A stretch of DNA of 64,000 bases from Lingula anatina. Taxonomy: Eukaryota; Animalia; Brachiopoda. Of the stretch, positions 40,201-53,200 are shown one piece after another; position 1 is the stretch's first letter, and the number at the start of each line of letters is the position of its first letter. Location: assembly GCA_051362555.1 (NCBI GenBank), contig CM120643.1:12250644-12314643 (forward strand), written 5' to 3'. Both the position numbers and the translations under genes were made by a program. The notes under the pieces are model-generated. The model worked only from the letters and a program-made list of their open reading frames with translations. It made no database searches and had not been told where the DNA came from.

Positions 40201-43200
40201 CATGAATTCAAGGATTTTGGTTTTTTTCTTTAAAATTGTCCAAAACCTGAAAAACCACTCTTCTAAAACAAAGCCAATAGGTATTTAAAATTTGTTCAAG
40301 AGAAATTGCAACGAAAATCTCTATCAGTACGGACTTTACCAACAGTGACTATATATCATATATGAATATCTGACAGGAGAACTCCAACACACAAGCTGCA
40401 GCTTTTCAGTCTTCAATGCATACTTGAAACCTTTCACCGACAATGACCTTTTTCAGCTGGCATGTCCTCCATATTGTATTTTCCTTGACAGACACAGTGT
40501 AATTTGAACAATCGGTGGCGTGACTTGACATACTAGTATATCATGTTTTGCTGACATCCTCAGACTCTATGGACTGCCAGCTTTGTACCAGTAATGCAGC
40601 AGTACTAAAGCACTGAAACACTGCTGAAACCTTCTCAGGTCCTAATCAAGTTATTTTCAAGCAAAACAGTTTAAAAAAACTTTTAACATAAAATGTGTAC
40701 ACTTTTTATTTTAATCCCTTGTCCATGTGACACCCCCCCCCTCCCCTGTCCCAAACCCTGCTATAAGAGGTCAATAAACTGACTGGTGTCCACTAATTCC
40801 TATTGTTAGTCTAAAACCTTTTCAGTTAAAACTGATATATATAGTAATATAACCATAAACTTTACTAGGCTCCAGCTAGCATGCTACATTGTCAACGCTT
40901 AAAGAATCTTGACTGAAAATTTTGAAAAAAAAGTTTTCAATCATTATCTGCCAAATTATCATTGAATTCTTAACCAAAAAGCTTCAGAAAATATATTCTT
41001 CGTATTCTACCTATTATTTCTTATCATTACAATTATTAATTTTTAACATTTTTATTAAAAACTGACCAAACAAAAATTTATCATTTGACTTTGGCAAAAA
41101 AAAAATCCTAGAATGACCCTAGCAGTACAAACCTCCTATACAATTAACATAGCATCTCTTTGGGGCAATAAATAAAAAGTACATCCAAGAATGTATCACC
41201 CCTTTCAACTGCCAGCTGAAAGTTAATAACCAAATCATTTATATGCTACAGTGAACACTATTTTTTATTAGCATTACTCAAGTACATTTTATTCCATCTT
41301 CTATCTTTACTCATTTTTTCATACTAATCCTGAACACTGTAAACATGCTCTTTGACCTATTTCTGATTATGATATTCTACAAACAAATCTGGATTGATCA
41401 TTGCACCTTGGAAGATAAAACAAACTGCTGGTACAGCTGCACTTCAACAAATATTTTTTCACGTGCTGCCTTTTTTTTTTTACGGAGGATGTTTTCCCTG
41501 TGTGTATCCTCAAGCCTTTGATATTACTGTTTTCTTGTGTCCCTGTATCACACCACACGCAAACAAACAATTAACTATCCTGGATAATAAAATGCAAGCA
41601 GAATGACCAGTCTGAAACTGGATCCCTTTGTGTCTTAGGGCAATGATTACACTGATTGCGCTTCAGCGAGGAATCCCCAGCAAAGTTGGACCAACCTGGC
41701 TCATATGAAATGTGAATCAATCTAAATGCGGTCTAAACAAGCCAGTCAATGAAGGGGAAACAAAGGGGATGGGGGGGGGGGGAGGGGACAGGGAGAAACA
41801 AAGACATGCTTCTAGGTTTTAACCTACTGCTACAACATGTTTTGTTTTTTGTTTTGTTTTTGTTTTCTTTTTTTCATGGTGGGGTATGTATATATCCTTT
41901 GCCATTTCAACTTCAGACTGGGCTAAATTCTGGCAGATGTTTATACTTAAACAGTATGTCACATTACAAAAAAATAAATATGCACTCAATTGTAAGTTCA
42001 ACTGAGAATGCCGTTTAACAGATCTGATATGGCGTAAAAAATAAAAAAGTTTTTTCACAACTCCTAGGCACCCTCTCGTCATGTTACGCTGCATGGCATG
42101 AGGACTGTTAAAAAAGACAAAGTGGAACTTTTTAAAAGTAACGATGCATTTCCTGAGAAAACATTCAGCAAATAAAATTTAGGATAATTTTTAAAAACCT
42201 GTTTGCAATATGTGTAGATGTGCATTGTGCATAAGGTAATATGGCGAAATGTTCAAGTTCAATTAAACAAAAACTTCAAGCTAGTTCATGTTCTACAGAC
42301 CATGCTGGAGCGAGCGGGAAAAAAAATGAAATTTATGAACCGTACTATCTCAAGCACCTGTATTCACTCTGCATTCTATCTTTTTTTTTTTTTTTTCATT
42401 TTTCAATGAAATAAATGCCTTATCGGCTTGATATAAATGTGCGAGTGCCTGGAAACAGCTACCTGTTGATCTAGATAATGAAGGTCTTGCTGTAGGTATT
42501 ATTATCACTTCACCCTTTGATTTTTAATCAACAAAAAATCATGATAGTTTCCACTAGGAAAATATATTCTTCCTCAATAAGAAATATCTACTATTATATC
42601 GGCTTAATCATAAGGTAAATATGTAATTGTAACTATTCTCCGTATCTCCAAACATATTTTCAAAAAATCTCACAATTACGACAGAAGTAATAATCAGTTT
42701 CAAAAAGAAAATAAAAAAACATGAATTAAAGTGAAGCTAAGGAAGGAGACGTATAGTAACAAACTCCTGTTTCTTATCTAAAAATAGATCAAGATTTAGA
42801 GATCAGCACCGGGCTCTGTCCAGGGCCCAGTCAGCTAACCGGGGACCCTGTGTGTGTGTGCTCATTTGAGCATGACTCACACTCTTAGCATACTTCAGTC
42901 AATGGCTTGGCCCGGGAGCCGAGGCTGAAATCTTAGCTGGCACCCCATGCGTGTGCAATTTATTTGAACAATACAAAACCTAGGAGTCAATGGTTATTCA
43001 TTCAGCACAATGGCCAGGGCCACAATCAATAGCAACCTGCAACCCCCTTGCATATCAATTACATGCACTGATGTTTAATGTTTGTTTGCCGTAGTAAAAG
43101 ATTTACTACGTCCCCACACCCTAAGTCACTGCTTACGACGTGAGGCGTTTTTGAGACGGGTGAGACAGAGGCACATATTGACAAAAGACTTAAGCTGTAA

Positions 43201-43857
43201 TAACAACCATGCATGCAATTCAGATCCCTGATTGCTTTGGCATATATTGAGTCATGCCATGGGGAGCGAGGGGGTCAGAGGTCACGTGTTTATGGTATGT
43301 CTGGGTTCAGGTTCACAAATAAAGATATATCTCTCCAGTGACGGCACCAAAAAAATGAGGGGTGGCGGATTGCACTGAGCATTCCCTCGTGACGTTCATG
43401 CATGAATCTCTATTGCCATTAAGCATTTTGTTTACCCTCGCGTCATTAATTAAGGCTCTTATGGCTAGTAGTAGTACTATACGCGTTCAAATAAGTCGAA
43501 GTAATTATCAAAAGTAACTTCTACTGCACCCCCAGGGCGTGAAAAGTTAGATCGCACGTGATAAGCGTACTATTCTTTCGCAACACCTGTGTGAGCGTAA
43601 ATAGTTTTGGTATCCAGGCAAATATTTTGACGGATCACCGATAAGCTTGTCACCTATGGCACTCTGCCTAGACATGCACTCAGATTTAGTAGGAAAAACC
43701 ACCTGACGAAAAAGTTTCTAACAACTAAAAACTCTGCTGCAGCTGAGCTGTCAGCTTACGTTTAAGTTTGTAAGCTTTAGCTGACAAACCCAGATTAAAG
43801 CCTGCTCATCTTCTCTGTCACTGTCTGATTGAAAAACAAGAATATTTAATCACTTAC

Positions 43858-43920
43858 CGGTGCAGCTGGTTATCCAAACAGCTGAAATATACCGGGAAGC
43901 ACCTTTCAACTATGTCATTA
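43858..43920 (-). other. Putative first (5'UTR) exon of the unidentified - strand gene; 5' boundary approximate
   Basis: Strong donor CCG|GTAAGTG on the - strand next to the SSR1 promoter; no convincing ORF. Confidence 0.45.
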
Positions 43921-44167
43921 GTGCATTAAATTGATTGTTAACCGACTTTTGATTGGTCAATTTACTACAAATAATAAACGTAATGTGTTAACAGCCATCC
44001 AATCATATGACACATGACTTGGCAAAAGCGCACGTAAGTTAAGCCTCGTCTTCAAACAACCTTCCTTTTCCGGTTTTGTGTGGAGTCTGCCACATTTCCA
44101 GGTTTGATAGATGCTCAAATCTGGTACCATCTAACCTCTTTAACAGCCAGACAAGACTTCAACGACA
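43860..44167. promoter_or_regulatory. Putative bidirectional promoter shared by SSR1 (+) and the - strand gene
   Basis: About 300 bp between a - strand donor (43857) and the SSR1 ATG. Oppositely oriented CCAAT boxes (ATTGG 43952-43956, CCAAT 43999-44003), an ETS-type TTCCGG at 44068-44073, and retained CpGs. Confidence 0.55.
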
Positions 44168-44243
44168 ATGACAAAGTTTCTAGGAAAGTTCCTCTTGCTT
44201 TTGCTCCTGATATTACCATCGACTTTCATGCTGGCTGGAAATG
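44168..44243 (+). CDS. SSR1: SSR1 exon 1 (signal peptide [25 protein letters not shown])
   Basis: ATG at 44168, hydrophobic leader, donor G|GTAAGT at 44244, phase 1 matches exon 2. Confidence 0.9.
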
Positions 44244-47200
44244 GTAAGTGATCTTAAGAAGCCGGTATCCTTACGTGTACCGTAAACAACATACGTGGCA
44301 CCTGTTGCTCACCTAGTTGTGCCCGATCTTGAGTCTTTTTGAGAATAATTGTTGCAATCAAGCTAAATTCTTCTTACCCCCAGTCTAACTAGAGGTCACC
44401 TGAACCGTATCAAATTTGCAATTTGTCTGAAAATCAGTTTAAAGAGGGGTTTTGTATGTGATCGGTTGCCAGGTCATCGGTATCGCAGCTGTTGATGAAA
44501 AGAAAATATTTGTTCCATTTGCTACAAAATTGTACATGTTGTAGTTTTGTTTTGTTAACTTTCATTGAGTTTTGCTCTGATCTGTTTATGTATCATAGTT
44601 AAACGCTTAGGCATGTTAATGAAATGCACTAGGATTCAATGGTTGGCAACGTGTTATTGCCTGGTAAATTATTGCACATCTCGGCCACACAATCCCCTGT
44701 AATTCACCTCCAGTGATGAACTGCTGAAATTTCAAGTTGCCACCCTCAAAGAACAATCTTTATCCTTTTCATTAAGATAGTTAGATTCACTTGAACGTAG
44801 GAACATAACCACACTGCCTCATATTAATATTCTTCACAGTATACCTTCACATTGAAAAACTAGATATTTTAGTGAGAAACATTGGGGAGGGGCTCAGGTC
44901 ATGTCTTAATAGGATATCTGAAGATGCAGCACAGTGAATGGATTATGTATGTGGAGTTTTACCTTTGGACAATTCAGTTGATCAGGGTTTCTATAAATTA
45001 AATTGGGGTTGGGAGGGCCTGGGGGTGTTGATATGAAACTTGCATGGCAGTTGATATGGTAATAGGCACACTATTTTAAAATTAGACTTTGATTTGAGGC
45101 CATGTGTTTATTTAGTAATATTGCAGTGAAATAGGAATAAAATAAGTTAGACTATACACAGTGTAAAATTACTTGAACTGAGACAGTGGTTCTTTTGTTC
45201 CTTGTCAAGTTGTGGCATAAATGCAAATCATATTAAGATTGTAGAATTACTCAGTCTTAAACTGTATCCTTCTTTGCTTATAAGAATAACCACCAGTTGC
45301 TGCTTATTAAATGTCTTTGGGCAGGTTTATGTTAATAGAAGGACAATAGAGCCATAGATCTACTCCTTATCCAGTAATCTCAGTGTTCTGTCTTCATGCT
45401 AGCAAAAAAATATTTGAGATTTTTAAATGTAATAGCAAGCATGAATGAAGTTCAGCATTGTTGAAAGTTATTTATTATATTTGATCCTAATGTTTGGAGG
45501 GGAGAGAGAGAGGTTGAGGACAATGAAAATAATAAGAGGAAGGTCAGTGTACAAGCCAGTGAATGGTTACACTGTATATCTCTGCCCATCTAAACCCTCA
45601 GCTAAGGGGGAATTCAAAGTGAAGCAGCAGTAGAAGAGCAGTTAGGATGTGATTAACTTTTGTGTGCTGATCTAGGAGGCGATTCATTCATTTAGTCTGA
45701 TTGCATTTGGCGATAGTCCCCCCAGAATTAGATTGATCTACCTAGTACAACTTTATTTTGTGAATGAACCCTTCATTTCCAATCTATGCTAAATCCTATC
45801 ACTGTCCTTGCTCTATGTAATCAACAGTAACTGACCTTAGAACTGACCTTGACACTGACCACTATTCCAGGTGCCAGTTAAACTGGAGTTTGTTCAGATA
45901 CTGGCCACTTGTGTGTTGTATTACATATTGTATTGTGGTTTCCAGGAGTGGTGAGCGCAGCAGAGGACCCGATCGAGGATGTGGTTGATGGCGAGGAGGA
46001 GGATGGAACTGTAGAGGAGGAGGGTGCTGAGGACACTGGCTCTGAAGCTGCTCAGACAGACAAGGTGAGGAATGAAAGGGGTTTATATCGGGATGAAGGG
46101 AGAAATAGGACTCTGCGGCTGCTCAGATGGACATGATGAGGGATGGATGGGGTTCATATCGGGATGAAGGGAGAAATAGGGCTCTGCAGCTGCTCAGATG
46201 GACATGATGAGGAATGGATAGGGTTTATATTGGAATGGAGTGGAAGAAGGGGGTCTCTTAAACTGTTCAGACGGACAAGGTGAGGGATGGATGAAGTTTT
46301 TATTGGGAGGGGGGAGGCTTTGATGCAGCTCAGACAATACAGGGCTCCGTATCTCGAAAAGTTCGCTGTGTTGCGCACATGCGCAAGTGTCTCGATTCCA
46401 TGGCCCCGTATCTCGAAATAGTATCAGTTATGGAATCGAGACACTTGCACACGTGCGCAACATAGCGAACCTTTCGAGATACGGAGCCCAGGTGTGCTAT
46501 AGATATGAATTGAAAAGTAGGGGAAAGTGGCGGGTGAGAGTATTTACCCGGGGAAAAAGTTTCAGGACCAGCAGAGTTAGACAAAACTGAAGCAGGGGTA
46601 AAAGGGTCTCATTATTTTCAAGGGACAGATGGATAAATTGGTCAAATAAGACGAGCTATAATTTCTGGTCATTTAAAGGTATCGAGGATGAGGCACATAA
46701 AGAGGGTGGTTTACAGTTTCTTATATTAGACTGAAAAGACGGATATGATAATAATGGGAGTCTTAAAAGGGAAAGGATGATCAATACAAGACTGGTGATA
46801 TTAAAACCTAGATTAAAGTTCGCATGTAGGATTGTAAACAAATGCTTTAAATAATTGGCTCTAAAAATGCACCAAACACTTGGTTCTTTGATATTAGTTT
46901 GATGAAATTTGTTGGGTGGCTAACAGAAAAATGCCCAAATTGTCACTATGGCTTGTTTCTTCAAAATCTGTACTTTTGGTAGTCCTTTATTCCAGTCATT
47001 GGTTGTGAAGGATCATGATCCGTCTTACAGAGTTATCACAGTGGTCTGTATAACATGAGTTAACAATATTCACTATTTTCAGGGTGACGAGGAAGAAGAA
47101 GAGGAGGAAGAAGCCACCCTAAAACCTTCCCCAGATGCTGACACCTCCCTCCTGTTCACTAAGCCTGCAGGTGCCACCACAGGTAGTATGGGGAGAGAGT

Positions 47201-50200
47201 AATAATGATGACAGGTTTTAAGTTTAAGGAGTCATCAATTTTTATCAACCTGTATTCACAACCCTTAGATACCCAGAAAGTACCATCATTTGAATAATTT
47301 TATTTGTTCTAGCTATTTTTGGGTTTGGTTATATTTTCAAGTGCATTGCAGAGCCAATGCTTAAATGCATACAAATTCTGGCTAGTGCTTTGGTATTTTG
47401 CTGTGTCAGATTTTCCCCTGACATTAACAACTTTATTTTCATTTCCAGCTTGGAGAGTAGTGAAAAATGGTACTGCATCTTTGGTTTACTCTTTTTGAAG
47501 TTAGATCCTGTGTGCTTATTATTTTTTTTCTGTTGATTTACTTCATGTACATTTTCTTTTTGTAAAGTTGGGGTCATTGTTATTTCAGAATTCTTTGGTG
47601 GCAGCTTGGTGCGCCTTCTGGTTGGCTTTGCTAACAGTGGAGAAAAGGACTTCATCGTGGAAAGCATGGACGCCTCTTTCAGATACCCCCAGGATTACAG
47701 CTTTTATATCCAGAACGTAAGTAGACCACTTGACACTGTAAGCTTGGGGATTAATCTTAGTATGTTTAAATCAACTCTAAGACTGAAGAAGATGGCAGAT
47801 TGCACATCGAAATATTTCAGGAGCAATTAGTTTTTATTTAGTTTGTGACAAAAGAGCTTTTGATCTCAATCTGAGCAGGTGTTTTAATGACACTGAATTC
47901 CATGAAAATAGTCACTGATGCCAAACTTCTTTTTTTACTTTAATTTAAACTGATAATTTTTTTTTTTTTTCATACGGCCCTCAAGTCATTTTATCTTATT
48001 TCCTACATAATTAAATCATGTCTGTGGTTCAGAAAAGACGTTGCATGCATGCAGAGTGCAGTTCCTGATTTTTTTATTGCTTAAAAAACATTCCAGCATC
48101 TCTCTCGATGCATGATTTGCTATTGTATATCACTAACAAGATTGTGGAGGGCTTCACCATTAGTGAAATGAAAGTGAAATTGTGGATTAGCCTTAGTGCT
48201 TTCGTTGTGACATTCAGGGCCTTTGTCCAATTTTTTTCCTGATGCATTGGAAGATAAACATCAGTGATTATGATTTCCTTCATTGTTTTTCCAGTTCACT
48301 GCTGCCCGCTACAACAGGCTGGTTGAACCCAAGGCACAAGCAACTTTTGAGTATGCTTTCTTCCCCAGCGAACAGTTCAATGGCAGACCGTTTGGATTAT
48401 CTATCAACCTGAATTACAGAGATGTGGTAAGTTTGGGAATCCATTACACACCCAACACACAGAACATTTTTATTTTGTCACCACTGGTTTAATATGAAAT
48501 ATTATTATAAAAGATAACCCCCTTTTTCCCTTCACCCTGAAAAAAATAGAAAGAAAAAATGAGTTGTGGACTGCACTACACACCCAAAACATCTTATTAA
48601 TTGTGCTACCACCTTGCCAAATATGAAATATTATTATAAAGATACATAATTTATTACCCCCTCTCTTCCCTCCATCTTTAAAAAAGTAAAAAATGAGTTT
48701 TGCCTTGTCTTATTGCCGAGTGCATATTTTTGGTACCCCTTGATAGGACATCCAAAGAAATGTATGGAGGTCTTCTACATATTTACTTCTCTGTGATCAT
48801 TGCTATTCAGAAATGTTTTTGTTAGATCAAAAAACAATTTTCATAACATGCCACATGTTACATTGTGGAAGTGCAGTTCAACTTGTACGTAAGATCATAC
48901 ATGGGCTGGCACGATTCTTTATATTTATTACATGAAACATCACAGCATCGCATTCCGTGCTTGATGTATTGCTGCCATTGTGTAGTGTACCCAGTTTAGA
49001 GTTGAGTTGGATTTTATGAATTTCAAACTGGTCCTCATTTCTCAGTTGTACAACCCTGACACCTGTTAGCTATAAACCCTGTGCCAGGGAACTTGTTGGA
49101 TCTTAAGGCCACTCACCTCGGGAGTTTTGACCAGATGTGAAAACAGTTTGAGATTATTTGAAGTTGACCGGGCACTTGGTAGTTTCATTTTTTTTTTTTT
49201 TTTTTTTTTTAGGGCAAATGGCTAAAAAGAAAAAGAAGTATGCCTGATTACAGCTAAATTTATGAAAATATGTTCATTTCACTTCTTTTTCAGTTACTTA
49301 GCCAAATGCTTTTATTTTTTCCCCACATATCTTTACCTGCTTCCATCAAAATACTGTTAAAAGGGGATAAGGTGTAAAATGTATCAGACATGATTTTGTG
49401 TCTTATTTAAATCATATTTTTTTTCACTTTAATCAATCCAAGACCCCCAGTTGCAAGACCATCAAGTCATTTCTTCCTAGCTTTTGCTTATAACCTAAAA
49501 CCATGTCTCGTGTATAATAAATTAATGCAAGTACCAGCAGAGCAGGAGATATCACTGTATTCCTGAACTTCCTAGAGACTTGCTAGAGAAATAAAATCGG
49601 AGTAGTTTGAGACACTGCTGCCTCAATATGCAGTATGGGTTATAGGAATCTCTGACATTAGATGCATATAAAAACTTGTTCTTGGACCTGGTCTATAGCT
49701 TGCTTGGTATAAATGTGCCACTGGCACCTGGTTCAGAAATAATTTAAAATCAAAATTGGTCTTGGCAACAACTTCAAAGAATTTGAGCTGACTAAAGTGC
49801 ACTTGACAAAGAAATTGCTAAGTTCACATGCCTAATGCTAAGCCTCAAAACCAATTTCATATTATGGACGCTTACTTTACTCACTGCAATAATACCTCAT
49901 GTAGATAACAGTAATTACTGTAGACTAATAATGGAAGGCTGCCTTGTCCAGCTGACTCTCGAGGGTTGGCAATCTTTGGCAAAAAGCTTCTCTCTTTGGG
50001 AATGTGGGCAGGGGGGAGTCTGTTTAGTTCCATTTTGATAAATTTTATTTTCTGTGTTTTTACATCAGAAATGTGGCTAATTGGTCTGCTGGTGACTTAA
50101 TAACTGGTATATTAATCAAGTTGTCAAGATACATCCAGTCCAATGTCTGAAAATGCATGTGGTTACCTCATGTGATTACTTTCCAGTTGCCAACATCTCA

Positions 50201-53200
50201 CTTTTTTCTATACTCACAAAAATGTGATTTTCAAATTTAAATTCTGATGCTAGAACTTTGAAATTTTGTTGACCGGGCCTCAGGGACAGAATAGATATGG
50301 GAAAATGACACGGTTCAAATTTATCAAAAGGAAACATACCAGAATGTATTTTCATTCATCAATTTACTGTACTTGCTGAATTGGTCTCATCTATGTTTCA
50401 CTCAATCATTGCAGGAAGGCAACTACTTCCAAGACGCTGTATTTAATGAAACTGTGCAGATTGTGGAATCTGATGAAGGACTGGATGGGGAAACGTAAGT
50501 ACCAGGATGTTCAGCCATGACAGTTTGCATGCCACAGGAGCAGTTTTGTTATTTGCCAATTTTGAAAACCATTTACCATTTCCTTGGGTAAAAATGGCGT
50601 TGAGTAAAATTTTACGATGCTACTCAAGTTTTCAGGCGCGGTGAAAATGTTTTCAAATAGTTTTAGATTAAGGATAGGCACAGGTGAAGAATCACATATA
50701 AGGCCCTGTGTTTTGATTGTTTAATGTAACAAAGGCCTTGTTGTAGTTGATATAAATTTACTCTCATTGAAGCACATAAAAAATATGCAAAATTACATTA
50801 CTCTTTTAGGAGTTTGAAAATTAAAATGTAATAATCTGTAGATTGAGAAATTTTACTTGCTCAGACGTCATGTTTAGCAATATCTATGCTGACTAGTTTG
50901 TTAATGATTTATTTTTCTCTGTTCTAGTTTCTTCCTGTATGTTGTATTAGCAGCTCTGGCCGTGTTGCTGTTGGTAGGAGCACAGCAGTTAGTTGCAACC
51001 TTTGGCGTAAGTAAACAAATCAATAAATATATCCGGAAAAGGGTTGAAATATCTCATGGGTTTTTGGTAAACTTTTTTTATTTTAACATGGCCATAGATT
51101 AGCATATAGTTTAGCAAATGACATCCCACCATCTTTCTTCAATGTTATCATGACCAAATACTGTTTGGCATGGGTTAGCCCTATATTCAATGGTAACACA
51201 GCCATAGCCAACCCACAGAGAAGGTCTCATTGGTTGGATCAACCCTATTTTCAGCGTAAACGCAGCCATAGGCTGTGTGGCATTGGACCCAAGCTTGTAC
51301 TCCTTTTCTGTACTGAACTGTTCTGTTCTATTTGGTGAAGTAATCATTGTCACAAGAGCAGTGCTGGGGTAGCGCTGGCAATTTTTTTCGCTTAGCCAAA
51401 TCACCACTTTTTTGTCAGTTTTTTTATCCAAATGGCTTTAATTTGACTAAAATTAATCAAATCAAGACCTTTTTGTTTAGCCAATTTCAGTCAGTTTTAG
51501 CATTTGGCTAAATTGGCAAGTGTTAGCGCTACCCCAACAGTGGAAAGTGTACAAGTTATAAGTAATTTTATGAAGAAATTTAATTTTTGGTTAAGTTAGA
51601 TGTCTCCATGATTCTGCGTGGTAGCATTAGACTCCATAATGCCTGCTTGTCAACCACATAATAACAATGGGATGTTTCAAGGTTTGTTTTCAACAATTTG
51701 CCGATTAACTGAGTTTTGGATTTAAAATTCATGCCCTATGAAATATTACCAACATGTAGTAGTCTATAAATTGTCAGTATTTTGTGGTTACAGAAGAAGA
51801 GACTGGGCAAACCCAAGTCTGCAGTGGAGATGGGAACTCAGAACAATGCCGATGTAGACTTCGACTGGATCCCTAAAGAGACGCTGGAAGCACTAAGTAA
51901 GTCGCTCTTGAGGAGAATTGGAGTGTGACATTAAACTGTAACTCCTGAATCAAAGTTCTGGGTTGTGAATGTGAGTGTCTTAAGTATTTTCACACCCTAG
52001 TTCAGTGGCATAGCAGATGTAGGGATACTAAGGATCAAGCTTTACTTTACTTCCTGAATGAAAATACTTTTAATGAAAAAAAAACATATTTTAAGTGCTG
52101 GAGAGATCGGCTGTAATGGTTAGCATTGCCTTTTACAGGGTTCTCCCCAGGATTTGAAAATAGCCCTTATTTTTTTTACGCGAGAGTACCGAAGCATGCA
52201 AAGCAAGGCACAAAGGGGGGGGGGGGGGGGGTCCGGGCATGTGCCCTCCGGAGGAAAAATTTTCATTATTTCATGCAAAAAGGGTGCAATTTCATGCAAT
52301 CTGAAGCTGGCATTAAATCATTACAACATATCAGGGCTAACATTTGCACACTTAAAATGTGTTCTGTTTCATGTTTACGACGCGTTCCCGAACTTTAGAG
52401 TGTGATAGACGTGTAGACGCGAACATACATGAAGTCAGATCACTAAGTAGATCAGTATTCGCACCCAGACTATCACTCGAAAGCCTCATACCTGTAGGCC
52501 TATCACAAGTTGATATCGGCCTTTTAGCCGATTACGATGTCAGATAGATGGATCTAGCGGTACCTGGATCTAAAGATACGTGGGTTTATAGGAATCTGTT
52601 GGTGGATCTATCGGAACGTAAATTTAACGAGACGTAAATCTATTGAGACGTGTATGTATAGAGACGTATCTATCGGGACGAATATTTTATTGGGACGTTT
52701 ATCTATATGGGGGACCCCTTCACTTTCATAATTTAGCTGTAAGTTTGCTCAGACTTCGTTTTGCGACTGCACGTGTTTTGTGCCAGAAGTAGGTCACTCT
52801 TTTCAGTACCGTCTAGGAGGAGACAAAAAGACGTTGGTATCCATCAAAAATGATTTTTTAAAAGATTTTTGCTCCAAATTTCTCATAAATCATGACCTGT
52901 CTGTCGGACAGCCAACACTGCACCTGTCCGAGCTGAATTTTTACCTGTCCCGGACAGGCGCTTATGTAAAAATAGCGTTGCATCTTTTCTGATATTTTCT
53001 CTTGCCGCTTGGATACATTTATTTATAAATGATCACGACTGCTACTATTCTTCAGTCAAAATAACATGAAGGATAGACTATTTATTATATTTCTCCAAAA
53101 ATACAGATAAAGCAAACAAATCTCACAGAATCACATTGATGACAAACCTAAAGCGGATGTTGATATTCAAAACTTGTCAGGACGCAGGTCCCGCGCCCTC

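Noticed and set aside
45830-45860. Three TGACC(TT) motifs resembling nuclear receptor half-sites
   Set aside because: A short low-complexity repeat with no independent support for function.
48440-48700. About 130-bp imperfect duplication in SSR1 intron 5
   Set aside because: An ordinary local intronic duplication that does not include exon sequence or splice sites.
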